DNA of 64,000 bases from IMG/VR virus record IMGVR_UViG_3300027770_000039, positions 1-64,000 of that record; one strand, written 5' to 3'. Source of the stretch: a virus. Made by a program: the position numbers and the translations under genes. This document shows, piece after piece, positions 8,607-18,333 of this stretch (its first letter is position 1; each line of letters starts with the position of its first letter). The notes under the pieces were generated by a model. The model worked only from the letters and a program-made list of their open reading frames with translations, was not told the origin of the DNA and searched no databases.

Positions 8607-8752
8607 TATCTCCTCTTAATCAACTCGAACTTAGTTAAATATCTCTGTATGGTCATAGCAGAGGTTTTACATTCAATAGCAATCTGTGTAACACTTTTTT
8701 TTTGAACTACGTATCTTCGGTATAGCCATTCTTTGCTTTGATATAGTTTCAT
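8606..8752 (-). CDS. Small HTH protein (48 aa, not in ORF track)
   Basis: MKLYQSKEWLYRRYVVQKKSVTQIAIECKTSAMTIQRYLTKFELIKRR; TAATG coupling to the next gene. Confidence 0.75.
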   Translation of the reverse strand: MKLYQSKEWLYRRYVVQKKSVTQIAIECKTSAMTIQRYLTKFELIKRR

Positions 8753-8764
8753 TATAGATAAAAC

Positions 8765-9331
8765 CTATCTTTTTGTCAATACATTATTGGCGTAGTACGC
8801 AATTCCAAAAGAATCAGCTACATCAAAATCATTAATTTCTAGTTTATATTTATTATTAAAATAATCTACAGTTCTTTGCTTACGCATATTTCTTAATTGG
8901 TTTTTATACCAAGACTCTGCGTACCCAGGATTTTCTAATCTTATAATAGATTTTTCATCTTTTGTTGGATTCTTGTTTCCAATGAATGCCTGCCACGAGG
9001 ATGGGCTAATAGTAATAACCTTAGCGCCAGTAGACATAAGCTCAGCAATAACAACCCCATAGACATAAGATAATTTTATCACAGCATCTGGTGACCTGAC
9101 AAGTATTGCCCCCTCAACAGCAATATAATCACTCTTTAATTCTTTTAACATTAAATTCATTCTAACTTTAGCATTGTATATTTTTTCATAAATATCTTGT
9201 CCTGCTAAATTTATTTTTCCCCATTTAATTGGAACTGAGTTTTCCATTAAACAAAAGGCTATAGATGTAGTTGAAGCATCTATGCCAAGTACTCTATTTG
9301 CTTTTGATTTTACTAAATTAGCTAAGTTCAT
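8765..9331 (-). CDS. ruvC: RuvC-like Holliday junction resolvase
   Basis: VLGIDAS, IAVE and DVADSFGIA acidic motifs. Confidence 0.85.
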   Translation of the reverse strand: MNLANLVKSKANRVLGIDASTTSIAFCLMENSVPIKWGKINLAGQDIYEKIYNAKVRMNLMLKELKSDYIAVEGAILVRSPDAVIKLSYVYGVVIAELMSTGAKVITISPSSWQAFIGNKNPTKDEKSIIRLENPGYAESWYKNQLRNMRKQRTVDYFNNKYKLEINDFDVADSFGIAYYANNVLTKR

Positions 9332-9596
9332 TTAGCAAGTTCCATATTGTTTTTTTACTATGCTCTATAATATTTTTTTCACAAACAGAGCAAATATCTG
9401 AGTTGTTGTATCTACTTAACTTAGTTTTGCATTTTGTGCAATTTCGAACAAGACCATTTTTTATAGATTTTTTTTCGTAGTACTTTTCCATAATCCTTTT
9501 ATTTGTAGCCATCCTGCAGCATTCATCGCTATGATATTTTTGATTGTGAGTTTTTGGCTCAAATTCTTGTGAGCATTCTTTGTTTTGACATATCAT
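9318..9596 (-). CDS. Zinc-finger hypothetical protein
   Basis: Multiple Cys pairs (CQNKEC, CTKC, CSVC). Confidence 0.7.
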   Translation of the reverse strand: MICQNKECSQEFEPKTHNQKYHSDECCRMATNKRIMEKYYEKKSIKNGLVRNCTKCKTKLSRYNNSDICSVCEKNIIEHSKKTIWNLLNELS

Positions 9597-10378
9597 AATT
9601 TAGGAACCTTGTAAGACTCTATTTGAACTGTGCCTATTAATCCTGAGTAGCATTCTTTTTTTACAGGGCAATAAGTACAAGGCATTTTGTATTTTGTTGC
9701 TCCTGCTGGTTTCATTGGAAGATCTCCGTCTTTAAAATTATCCCAAACTTCACACATCCACAAAAATGTTTCTTCAATGATTTCAGTATTTTTTTCATTC
9801 ATGGAAATTGGAATTACTATAATCTCCTGAGTGTTTTTATTCTCATATAGAAAAAATCCTTCTTTAGCTTTTTTAAGTTTCATATAAGTCAATAGCTGTA
9901 GAAGGTGGTTTGGAGTTGGCTTCATCTCTGATTGCCTTCCGTCCCAGACTTCTTGCTTTGCTGTTTTAATTTCACCAATGACTGTCTCGCCATCATATTC
10001 CATTATTAAATCTATAAATCCTCTAATTGGGGGATACTCATTTACAATTTCTTCTTCTTCGGCCTTCCACTCAGGCATTGTGGATATTAGCTTTTGAAGT
10101 CTTTCGTGTGCCTGTGTTCCTTGTGACATATTGGCAACCGCAACTGCATCGTTATCATCAATAAACATAGCACCAGAAAAAGCCATATACCAATATCTTG
10201 GACAGGTTCCATGACCGTAACCTAAAGAGCTTGGGCTAAATGATTTTTTTGTCATTTCTCCATCTGCTCTTTTTGTATTACGATACGCCTCATCAAGTAA
10301 TTGAGCAAATTTTTCTGGATCGAAGTGCTTACCAGTATGTTTTTTGAATTTAAGGTTCTTTACAATATCTCTACCCAT
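9593..10378 (-). CDS. Cas4-like/PD-(D/E)XK exonuclease
   Basis: CPR, GFID...EIKT, QLLTY and CTYCPVKKEC (Fe-S staple pattern). Confidence 0.85.
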   Translation of the reverse strand: MGRDIVKNLKFKKHTGKHFDPEKFAQLLDEAYRNTKRADGEMTKKSFSPSSLGYGHGTCPRYWYMAFSGAMFIDDNDAVAVANMSQGTQAHERLQKLISTMPEWKAEEEEIVNEYPPIRGFIDLIMEYDGETVIGEIKTAKQEVWDGRQSEMKPTPNHLLQLLTYMKLKKAKEGFFLYENKNTQEIIVIPISMNEKNTEIIEETFLWMCEVWDNFKDGDLPMKPAGATKYKMPCTYCPVKKECYSGLIGTVQIESYKVPKL

Positions 10379-10380
10379 GA

Positions 10381-11577
10381 TTACTGATTATCCTTTTTGT
10401 TTATTTTAAAACTGCAAACAAGTAAATCTATTGGAGCATTTATGCTTTTTACAATTACGTTTTGGTTATTTTCAGAAAATGTAATACAATATTCATGTTT
10501 AATTACAAATTCCTTGCCATCAATATCAAGTTTTATTTCACCATCTTCTGACATGGGAAACATTATAGATACAAAATCTTGACCGTCTTCTTTTTCTTTA
10601 TGAAATATTTTGCTTAAACTATCATCTATATTAGACAATCTAATTACACAACTATCAAAAAATTTAATAGAAGATTCCGTATATACGTGCAACATCTTTT
10701 CTGAAATCTTTTTTGTCATATTTTCGTCTAAATTAACAGAGACAATTTCATTATTTTTTATTTTACAAGATGAATAAATCATTTCTTTTTCTTGATTAAA
10801 AATAGAGTGCATATAAATTTCATTTTGAATAACTGGATTCAAAATTTCTGCGCTTATTTTTTGATAATGTGGATGTTTTTCAGCAGCTTCTGATATCTTA
10901 ATTGGTTTCCACCACTGATCTTTTGATAATGGCCTGACTGGATTAATGTTTGACAAAAAGAATTTTTCTCTTTCTTTCATATTTTTTGAATGTTGATCAG
11001 AAATTGGTCTAGGATTTTTGTGTTGCAACCAGAAAAATAGCAAATCGATTCTTGAATCATCTCTAATTCGTATGGGGTCTCTCCAGTGAACTGTTCCAGT
11101 TCCGCTAAACAGTAATCCTTCATTGTCTCCAAAGGTAAACTCATCACATTCAAAAATTAATTTCCAATCTTCATTAGATTTAACATGAAAATCTAAAACA
11201 TACATTTCTACTGGCCTTGCGTCATAGTGCGGACCTAATTTTGCTTCCCAACCAAACTCTCTGCTATACCTTGCCCCCTCAATATCTAGCACTACCAGTT
11301 CTTCTCCAACAGCCTCGCTTGCTAATTTTTCAACTCTTTTTATAATATCTTCTTTATTTTTAAGGGTAAAATAAATACTAGCGTGAGCAGAGTAGGTCTG
11401 AACTTTAATTTGATCTGCTGGAAAATTATCATAAATGTCTTGGAGGTCCTTTAACTCATCGGCAGTTAAAAGATTTTTAATTAAAACTGGGTAGAAATCT
11501 TGTCCTGGTACATGTGTCTGGATGTTAATCATATTTTTATATTTTGGATACTTCTCTTGTGCCAAAAATGTTTTCAT
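10381..11577 (-). CDS. 2OG-Fe(II) oxygenase-like protein with a second degenerate domain
   Basis: LGPHYD...GTVHWR in the N-terminal half; the C-terminal half has a similar pattern without the metal ligands. Confidence 0.6.
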   Translation of the reverse strand: MKTFLAQEKYPKYKNMINIQTHVPGQDFYPVLIKNLLTADELKDLQDIYDNFPADQIKVQTYSAHASIYFTLKNKEDIIKRVEKLASEAVGEELVVLDIEGARYSREFGWEAKLGPHYDARPVEMYVLDFHVKSNEDWKLIFECDEFTFGDNEGLLFSGTGTVHWRDPIRIRDDSRIDLLFFWLQHKNPRPISDQHSKNMKEREKFFLSNINPVRPLSKDQWWKPIKISEAAEKHPHYQKISAEILNPVIQNEIYMHSIFNQEKEMIYSSCKIKNNEIVSVNLDENMTKKISEKMLHVYTESSIKFFDSCVIRLSNIDDSLSKIFHKEKEDGQDFVSIMFPMSEDGEIKLDIDGKEFVIKHEYCITFSENNQNVIVKSINAPIDLLVCSFKINKKDNQ

Positions 11578-11580
11578 ATA

Positions 11581-11715
11581 TTAGTCTACCACATCATCAC
11601 TTAGGTCAAAGTCAAAAACTTCTTCTTGCCCAACCCATTTTAAAAATTTAGATAACGCTAAACCTGAAAGGATCGCTGTTGCGGATATCGTAATTAAAGC
11701 CCAAGCCTTTTTCAT
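11581..11715 (-). CDS. Small membrane protein (44 aa, not in ORF track)
   Basis: MKKAWALITISATAILSGLALSKFLKWVGQEEVFDFDLSDDVVD; ATGA overlap with the upstream gene. Confidence 0.65.
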   Translation of the reverse strand: MKKAWALITISATAILSGLALSKFLKWVGQEEVFDFDLSDDVVD

Positions 11716-12050
11716 GAATTATACCTCACTACATATTTAAGTGCATCTACCAGTTTGTCTATAGACTCTTTTGCTGAATAATAAATGTTCTTTTTATTAT
11801 TATTAACTGAGCCTGCCTTATCCTTTGCAATAGTGGAATAAACTGAAGCCATCATTGAAAACTTAGTTGACATTGCTTGAAGCTCTATAATCAAATATGG
11901 TGCTTTGGCAGAAGGCACATCTGGATTCATTAATAATTTTACCACAATTGACAAGGCCTTATCTAGCTGTTCATCGCTCATGTATTCATGAAGGTCATTG
12001 AATTCTGTAATTGAGCTAATTAACTCAAGAGTATTTTTATCCTCAGACAT
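11712..12050 (-). CDS. Hypothetical phage protein
   Basis: Helical ORF; start likely MSEDKN at 12050. Confidence 0.7.
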   Translation of the reverse strand: MSEDKNTLELISSITEFNDLHEYMSDEQLDKALSIVVKLLMNPDVPSAKAPYLIIELQAMSTKFSMMASVYSTIAKDKAGSVNNNKKNIYYSAKESIDKLVDALKYVVRYNS

Positions 12051-12180
12051 GCTTAATCTTTTTCTTATTTGACTTAACAGGCCCAAGATCGGCCTTTATT
12101 GTTCCGTCTTTTCTAATTCTAATAATTCTACCGTTTTTAATAACAGTAGGATTAAAAGGAATTTTGTTATTTGATCCCAT
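12043..12180 (-). CDS. Small basic protein (45 aa, not in ORF track)
   Basis: MGSNNKIPFNPTVIKNGRIIRIRKDGTIKADLGPVKSNKKKIKHV; GGAG upstream; fills the gap between genes. Confidence 0.65.
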   Translation of the reverse strand: MGSNNKIPFNPTVIKNGRIIRIRKDGTIKADLGPVKSNKKKIKHV

Positions 12181-12478
12181 GAGCTTCTCCAGATTCTATT
12201 AGTTGTTCTAACAATGACCATTCAATTACTGCAAGCCTTACTTTATTGCCAGAAGATCCCAGAACAAGTTTAAGTACTGGGTGCTTGTCTCTATTTACCT
12301 TAAATGTATCTGTGCATATCTTAGCCCACATATCTTTGGAAACAGAAATTGTTTTTTCATATTCTTTATAATCTACCACAAAATTGCCCCATTGAGCATC
12401 CCCTTTTTGGTAATCCCCACGTCCACTATTTTTTTGCTGCTTTGCACCATCTCTTTTTGCTTCTGATCTTTCTGACAT
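12167..12478 (-). CDS. Hjc-like PD-(D/E)XK resolvase/nuclease
   Basis: NSGRG...KGD...VDYKE; start likely MSERSE at 12478. Confidence 0.6.
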   Translation of the reverse strand: MSERSEAKRDGAKQQKNSGRGDYQKGDAQWGNFVVDYKEYEKTISVSKDMWAKICTDTFKVNRDKHPVLKLVLGSSGNKVRLAVIEWSLLEQLIESGEAHGIK

Positions 12479-12672
12479 TATCTGTTCACCAGGTGCTGAG
12501 AACTGTGCCCGTCTGGGCATGTCCAAGAAAGAGTAAAGGTTGATGGATTCCAAAAAGCTTTTTCTGCATTCTTTTCGCATTTATGGCAAGGCTTTGTGCC
12601 AATAATTTCTTCTAAAGCAGATTGCTGTACTATTTCTTTTTTATCAAAAAATTCATTAATGTTTGGCATCAA
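12478..12672 (-). CDS. Small zinc-ribbon protein
   Basis: CHKC...CPDGH. Confidence 0.7.
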   Translation of the reverse strand: MMPNINEFFDKKEIVQQSALEEIIGTKPCHKCEKNAEKAFWNPSTFTLSWTCPDGHSSQHLVNR

Positions 12673-13570
12673 TTAACACTCTTTCCATTTGATCTAAATT
12701 TAAAATTAATGGCGGATCAACAAGAGTATTAATATCTAGGTCTGGGCTTGTAGTTGTTTCTTTTCCATCTTTAGTCCATCTGTATCCTACTTTATAATTA
12801 GTATAATTTAGGGATGGAACAAAGTTTCCATTCTTAAATTCTTCTGATCCCTCTGTTACTGCAACATAGTTCATTCTAATTGCATACCTATTGCTGTTGT
12901 TAATATTTAAAACTCCGTGATAAAATGGCTCACAAGAAGGAAAAACAATAATGTCTCCAGAGCTTGGCTTATGACCTACTATTTTTTTACCATCCCAAAA
13001 ACAAATTTCTCCACCATCGTATTCATCATTTAAATATATCATAACAGTAAAAATTAATTTATACCCAGGAGTATCCATATCCTGTTCAAAAAAATCGCTA
13101 TGAAAAGCACTAAAATTAAATTTTTGTGATTCGGCTTTTTTTGCCAGGTCTACATCATATTTCAAAAATGCAATTCTTGTATTTTCACATTCATTAAACA
13201 GATCAACTTTCTTATAATGACTTGGCCAAATATCTTTGTTTCCATACTTAATCATAAAATCTTTTTTAACAAATCTATATGCATCTTCAAGCTTTTCAAA
13301 AACCTTTTTTTGTTTTACTTGCTCTTGATCATCTGGATTAAAGTATTCTGGGGCAAAACCATGATAGCTAGTTGAGTCAATTTCAGTCATTGTTCCATGA
13401 TTTCCCCAGATCTCAAATTTTTTCATAAGGTATTTATCTTCTTTGTATAATTCTGCTTCTTTAAAAAATGACAATATTTCTTCAGTATTTTTTAAAACAT
13501 TTTGGTACAGGATTGCTCCATCTATTAACTTATATGCCTTTACATTTTCAATGTCATTAAATCTTAGCAT
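12656..13570 (-). CDS. 2OG-Fe(II) oxygenase, P4H-like
   Basis: HSD...YLNDEYDGGEI...YHGV...RY. Confidence 0.85.
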   Translation of the reverse strand: MLRFNDIENVKAYKLIDGAILYQNVLKNTEEILSFFKEAELYKEDKYLMKKFEIWGNHGTMTEIDSTSYHGFAPEYFNPDDQEQVKQKKVFEKLEDAYRFVKKDFMIKYGNKDIWPSHYKKVDLFNECENTRIAFLKYDVDLAKKAESQKFNFSAFHSDFFEQDMDTPGYKLIFTVMIYLNDEYDGGEICFWDGKKIVGHKPSSGDIIVFPSCEPFYHGVLNINNSNRYAIRMNYVAVTEGSEEFKNGNFVPSLNYTNYKVGYRWTKDGKETTTSPDLDINTLVDPPLILNLDQMERVLIDAKH

Positions 13571-14561
13571 CTATATCTTTCTTAAGTTTTTCAACAACCT
13601 TTGGATTATCCTTTAGATACTGTACGGCTTTAGCTCTACCCTGCAATCTTTCTGAGTTAACTGTGTACCAAGCGCCACCTTTTTCAACTAATCCGCACAT
13701 TTCTGCTACGTCTAAAGTTTCTCCAATATCGTCAACCCCTAAATGATCTCCTTGGTAATAGAAGTCGTACTGTCCTGATAAATTAGGGGGGCCGAGTTTG
13801 TTGTAATCGACAATCCAATTGACTGGCCTTCCAACTCTCTGTTCAATAATTTTATCGCCAACTTTAACACCTGCCTTGATAGCATTAGCCTCAGCTTCTG
13901 AGGACCAAAGTTTAATGACCGTAGAAGAAAAGAACTTGACCGCCATTCCCCCTGTTGGAATATGGGAGGCGTGCATAGATCCAAACTGGTTTCTTTGCTG
14001 TGAAATGAGAACCAATAATGTGTTTTTGTTTGCATAGTTTAACATTTTGACTGCGTGGGTCATATCCTTTGCTTCTGCGCCTATCTGTTTTGTATCTTGT
14101 AAATCTTTTAACTCGTCGCCATCTTTTTCAAAATATATTGCAGGCAACAAAGCTGATATTGAATCAACTACAATAATATCTATATCTGCAGACATAAGTT
14201 TTGTTGCAACGTCTACCATGTCATTAATAGTTTTAGCTGGTGAGTATATTAGTTTTGATGAGTCAACACCTAATTTTTCTGCCCACTCTGGAGAGTAAGA
14301 ATGCTCTGCGTCAATCCAAGCGCAAGTTTTTCCTTCTTTTTGAGCAAGAGCAATCATTTGCAAACAAAAGGAAGATTTACCAGAAGACTTATTTCCCCAT
14401 ACCAAGGCCTGTCTTCCATGTCCAAGTCCACCGTTGAGTGCTAAGTTTAAACCAATGCTTGGAGTTTTTTGTTTTATGATTTTAACATCTACTGCAGACT
14501 GAACTCTATCTCTTGTTTTTGAATCCAGCTTTGCTAAAATCTCTTCCATTAAAATTGTCAT
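13557..14561 (-). CDS. recA: RecA-family recombinase
   Basis: GNKSSGKS, WIDAEH, IVVDSI, PTGGMAVKFF, KGGAWY. Confidence 0.95.
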   Translation of the reverse strand: MTILMEEILAKLDSKTRDRVQSAVDVKIIKQKTPSIGLNLALNGGLGHGRQALVWGNKSSGKSSFCLQMIALAQKEGKTCAWIDAEHSYSPEWAEKLGVDSSKLIYSPAKTINDMVDVATKLMSADIDIIVVDSISALLPAIYFEKDGDELKDLQDTKQIGAEAKDMTHAVKMLNYANKNTLLVLISQQRNQFGSMHASHIPTGGMAVKFFSSTVIKLWSSEAEANAIKAGVKVGDKIIEQRVGRPVNWIVDYNKLGPPNLSGQYDFYYQGDHLGVDDIGETLDVAEMCGLVEKGGAWYTVNSERLQGRAKAVQYLKDNPKVVEKLKKDIDAKI

Positions 14562-14563
14562 TT

Positions 14564-14794
14564 TTATTCTTTCTTTGTTTCGTCCATTATAGCATTTTTT
14601 TCGCCAGAATTTTCCGACAACTTAAATACAAAATTTCTTGAAACATCATCAAACTCTACCTTTAAATTCTCTTCATCCCCTAATCCAAAAAATATATCAA
14701 TAGGGACTAAAACCTCTTTTTGAGTTTTTAATATTGCTACAAGTATCTTTGAAGAACTCATTGCTTTAAATATCTCTGAGGCGCTGTCTGTCAT
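14564..14794 (-). CDS. Hypothetical protein
   Basis: Coupled to dnaE by an ATGA overlap; its 3' end contains TGCTATAAT (14594-14586), a likely recA promoter. Confidence 0.65.
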   Translation of the reverse strand: MTDSASEIFKAMSSSKILVAILKTQKEVLVPIDIFFGLGDEENLKVEFDDVSRNFVFKLSENSGEKNAIMDETKKE

Positions 14795-17700
14795 TTTATC
14801 TCCTTTATCATTAAAGTTCCATCATCTAGTTTTGATAGAACTGGCTTACTTTTCATTCCTTCACGCATTTTACCTAAAACTTTTGAATACATTGTTGGAA
14901 ATGCAATTGCTCTAGTTAAATTCTTATTCTTGTCTGTCATGACAATATGCGCCATAGTTTTTCCAGCTTTAGTTTTGTATGGACTAAAATTAACTACCAT
15001 TTGCTCATCTTCTTGCATGTCATATTCTTTTCTATATAAATAATCGACAAACAGATCTGTTCCATTTGGGTCTATTTCAGAAACCTTAATATACCTTGCA
15101 ATTCTATTATCTCCAACTAGTATAAAATACATCTGTCCAGTTTCAATTTGAGTTTGCTCTGTATGGAATAAACCTACGGTGCCAGTCTCGTCTACAATTT
15201 CAATTCTTGACCAACCCGTTCCCCTCTTAATGCTCTTAACCATTCCAAACAAAGGGAAAGATCCTAGGTCTTCAAATTCTGAAATTGGTCTTGCCTGTGA
15301 TTTAATTCTTGGTGGCAAGTCTACTGTAAAGGTAGGAATGCTTAGGTATTCGTAGTAGTTTTCTTTTTCCTTACCAGTTCTGGGATTGTCCTCAAAAGAA
15401 GCACCGCCAATAGCATTAAGAGCAGATACAGCCCTACTATTAATCCCGCTACCTTTCGCAGAGGCTTTTTGAATGAAATCGGAATAATCGGCATAAGGCC
15501 TTCTCTCTATAATTTTGTTAGCAATACTGTCAGATATAAATTTTATATCTGCTAATCCAAATTGCATTGCATCTTCTTTTAATGAAAAATAAACATTTGA
15601 ATTATTTATGTCTGGAAGAAGTATCTTAAGGTTTAATCTTTTCGCTTCAATAAGATAGCCAGTTTTAGCATCTTTATCATTTTCGTTTTTAAGAACCGAA
15701 AACATAAACTCAAGAGGGTAATAAGTTTTAAGCCAAGCCGTATAATAAGTAAGCATGGAATAAGAGACAGCATGAGAACGATTAAAAGAGTAGCCAGCAT
15801 GAGCCTCGAAATCACTCCAAAGGGACTGGGCCTTTTTCTGAGAAATGTGTTTTGAAGCCCCATTAATAAATTTATCTTTGAATTCGTCAAGTTCTGTTGC
15901 ATCTCTTTTTTTACCAATAACCTTTCTAATTTTGTCAGCTTCTGACCAAGACATTCCGCCTAGATAGACGCATGCTTGCATAACCTGTTCTTGATATATA
16001 ATAACTCCGTATGTGTTTTCTGTAAAAGGACGCATTATCTCATGAACATATTGCGTAGGCTCTTGCCCACGTTTTCTTGCTACGTAAGAAACTCCTACGG
16101 TATTCATGGCTCCTGGTCTTACTAAAGCGTTAGAGGCAGCCAAGTCTTCAAATTTATCTACTCCCATTTTTATTAACAAGTTTGTGTAAGGTACTGCTTC
16201 TGCTTGAAACACTCCCTTAGTATAACCTTCGCTTAAATTTTTATAAACCTTTGGGTCTTTAAAATCTAATTGAGACAAATTGATTTCTTTGCCAGATCTT
16301 TCTTTAATTGCTTTGATAGTATCAGAAATAACAGAAAGAGTTTTTAAACCAAGAGCATCTACTTTAATTAATCCAATATCAGCAACCGTGTCCATGTCGT
16401 ATGCAACGACTGGAATTCTTCCTGAAACTTTATCTTGAGGATCTTCTCTAGATTCTATGGGCGCAAAATTTCTTAAATCTTCTTTTGCCACGACTACTCC
16501 AGCAGCGTGAACACCAACACTTCTAATTTTTCCACGTAACTTTTCTGCAAGCCATAAAACTTCTGGGTACTTCATTCTAAATTCTTTTGTGTTAGGCGAA
16601 TCCATAAAGTCTTCAAATGTATCAACTTGCTTCATCGCCCTATTTACATCAGACAGGGGAACCATAAATACACGAGCAGCATCTCTTACAACTCCCTTGT
16701 CTTTAAAATAAGTAAAAGTTGATATTGACGCAACGTGTTTAAATTTCTTTTTAAGATAATCTTTTACTTCTTTACGTCGACGATCTTCAAAATCAGTATC
16801 AATATCTGGAAAATCGTTACGGTCTGGGTTAATAAATCTAAAGAACAAAAGGTCGTACTCAATTGGGTCTACATCTGTAATTCCCAAGGCATAGCAAACT
16901 AATGATCCTGCTGCTGAACCACGTCCTGGACCAACCATTATTTCATTTTCTTTAGCCCAATTAATCATATCTGCGACAACTAAGAAATAAGAGGCAAAAT
17001 TTTTATCCTTAATAATCTCAAGCTCTTCTATAAGCCTTTGGTCATATACGTCATTTCCTAGCCAGCTCTCTCTTAGGCGTAGCCTTTCTAGGCCCTCAAA
17101 GGCCATATCAGACAGCTTTTGGTCGGCATTGGTCTTTGGGATAGGGAGTAGGTCTAAACCCCTGTTAAAATCGTATTCTCCAATTTTTTCCGCTATCTCC
17201 ATAGTATTTTCATAAATGTCTACTCGTTTAATATCACATTTGTTAAAGTCGGATTCAATTTCTTCTCTAGTCTGAATAAATAAATTATAGTCTTGGAATG
17301 ATATTCTTCTGTCTGGGTATAGATAATTAAGTCTGTCTAAGACATCTCCCATCCCCCTAGAAACCTCAAAGTCTGATTCTTTATCTGATTTAGGAGATGT
17401 AGATAGAATAAGCATTGCTTCTTCTAAAGTCTTATCTTCGCCTTTTGCGTAATGGGCATCTCCAGTCGCTACTGGCTTAATTCCTAGCTTGTCTGCTAAT
17501 TCTAGCAACTTGCTATTTATTTCTTTTGGATTGTGAGATTGTACCTCAATGTAAAAATCTTCGCCAAAATTTTTCTTAAAATCTTTAAGTATATCTTCCG
17601 CTTCCTCAAACTCTTCTTTTTCAATGCACTTACTAATAAGTCCATTAAGGCATCCAGAAAGAACAATAATATCTTTTGCATATTCTTTTAGTATCTCCAT

Positions 17701-18069
17701 ATCAATTCTAGGCTTATGGTAAAACCCTTCATTCCAAGCTATCTCTTGTAATGAGTTAATATTCTTTAATCCGTTTTTATTTTTAGCCAGCAGGATAATG
17801 TGGTTGTACGCCTGTATGCTTTTGTCTGTTGCAGACGATCTATCAAATCTATCTGTTGGGGATATGTAAGCCTCTACTCCAAGAATTGGCTTAATGCCTA
17901 ATTCTTTTGCAGCAATTTGCATTTCTCTGTGAGATGACAATGTTCCATGATCTGTAATTGCTATAGATGTTTGGCCAGCGTCTATTGCTGCTTGGCATAA
18001 CTCTTTTGGAGAATTAAGCCCGTCCATTAAAGAATAATATGAATGAACGTGTAGATGTGTAAAACTCAT
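14791..18069 (-). CDS. dnaE: DNA polymerase III alpha subunit
   Basis: PHP motifs HLHVHS and TDHG; GPGRGSAAGSLV, FPDIDTDF, HAAGVVV, YSFNRSH; start likely MSFTHLH at 18069. Confidence 0.97.
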   Translation of the reverse strand: MSFTHLHVHSYYSLMDGLNSPKELCQAAIDAGQTSIAITDHGTLSSHREMQIAAKELGIKPILGVEAYISPTDRFDRSSATDKSIQAYNHIILLAKNKNGLKNINSLQEIAWNEGFYHKPRIDMEILKEYAKDIIVLSGCLNGLISKCIEKEEFEEAEDILKDFKKNFGEDFYIEVQSHNPKEINSKLLELADKLGIKPVATGDAHYAKGEDKTLEEAMLILSTSPKSDKESDFEVSRGMGDVLDRLNYLYPDRRISFQDYNLFIQTREEIESDFNKCDIKRVDIYENTMEIAEKIGEYDFNRGLDLLPIPKTNADQKLSDMAFEGLERLRLRESWLGNDVYDQRLIEELEIIKDKNFASYFLVVADMINWAKENEIMVGPGRGSAAGSLVCYALGITDVDPIEYDLLFFRFINPDRNDFPDIDTDFEDRRRKEVKDYLKKKFKHVASISTFTYFKDKGVVRDAARVFMVPLSDVNRAMKQVDTFEDFMDSPNTKEFRMKYPEVLWLAEKLRGKIRSVGVHAAGVVVAKEDLRNFAPIESREDPQDKVSGRIPVVAYDMDTVADIGLIKVDALGLKTLSVISDTIKAIKERSGKEINLSQLDFKDPKVYKNLSEGYTKGVFQAEAVPYTNLLIKMGVDKFEDLAASNALVRPGAMNTVGVSYVARKRGQEPTQYVHEIMRPFTENTYGVIIYQEQVMQACVYLGGMSWSEADKIRKVIGKKRDATELDEFKDKFINGASKHISQKKAQSLWSDFEAHAGYSFNRSHAVSYSMLTYYTAWLKTYYPLEFMFSVLKNENDKDAKTGYLIEAKRLNLKILLPDINNSNVYFSLKEDAMQFGLADIKFISDSIANKIIERRPYADYSDFIQKASAKGSGINSRAVSALNAIGGASFEDNPRTGKEKENYYEYLSIPTFTVDLPPRIKSQARPISEFEDLGSFPLFGMVKSIKRGTGWSRIEIVDETGTVGLFHTEQTQIETGQMYFILVGDNRIARYIKVSEIDPNGTDLFVDYLYRKEYDMQEDEQMVVNFSPYKTKAGKTMAHIVMTDKNKNLTRAIAFPTMYSKVLGKMREGMKSKPVLSKLDDGTLMIKEIK

Positions 18070-18275
18070 TAATAACCGCCTTGACATTCGTTTCTGGTGT
18101 GATACAGCCTGGTACTAGTTAATGTTTTTTTAGTTGGTGCGTATATATCTTTCTTGCAGCAGCCACACTTTACATGCCACTCTCTGGCAAAAAAGTTGTA
18201 CAGTGCTCCTACATAATTTTTATATTTATTATACACAAATTCTTGAAATGGATCTGGTATATCGTATGTAGTCAT
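18069..18275 (-). CDS. Hypothetical zinc-binding protein
   Basis: CGCC...H....C; TAAAAT lies 6 nt before the ATG. Confidence 0.7.
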   Translation of the reverse strand: MTTYDIPDPFQEFVYNKYKNYVGALYNFFAREWHVKCGCCKKDIYAPTKKTLTSTRLYHTRNECQGGY

Positions 18276-18289
18276 AATTATATTTTACT

Positions 18290-18323
18290 AAATAAAACTG
18301 AGGGTGGCAAGAGCCACCCCCAG
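18290..18323 (-). terminator. Intrinsic terminator after the SSB gene
   Basis: CTGGGGGTGGC-TCTT-GCCACCCTCAG followed by TTTTATTT. Confidence 0.85.
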
Positions 18324-18333
18324 CATATTTAAT

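Noticed and set aside
9593-10378. Cas4-like gene as part of a CRISPR-Cas system
   Set aside because: No other cas genes or array; stand-alone Cas4-like nucleases are common in phage recombination modules.
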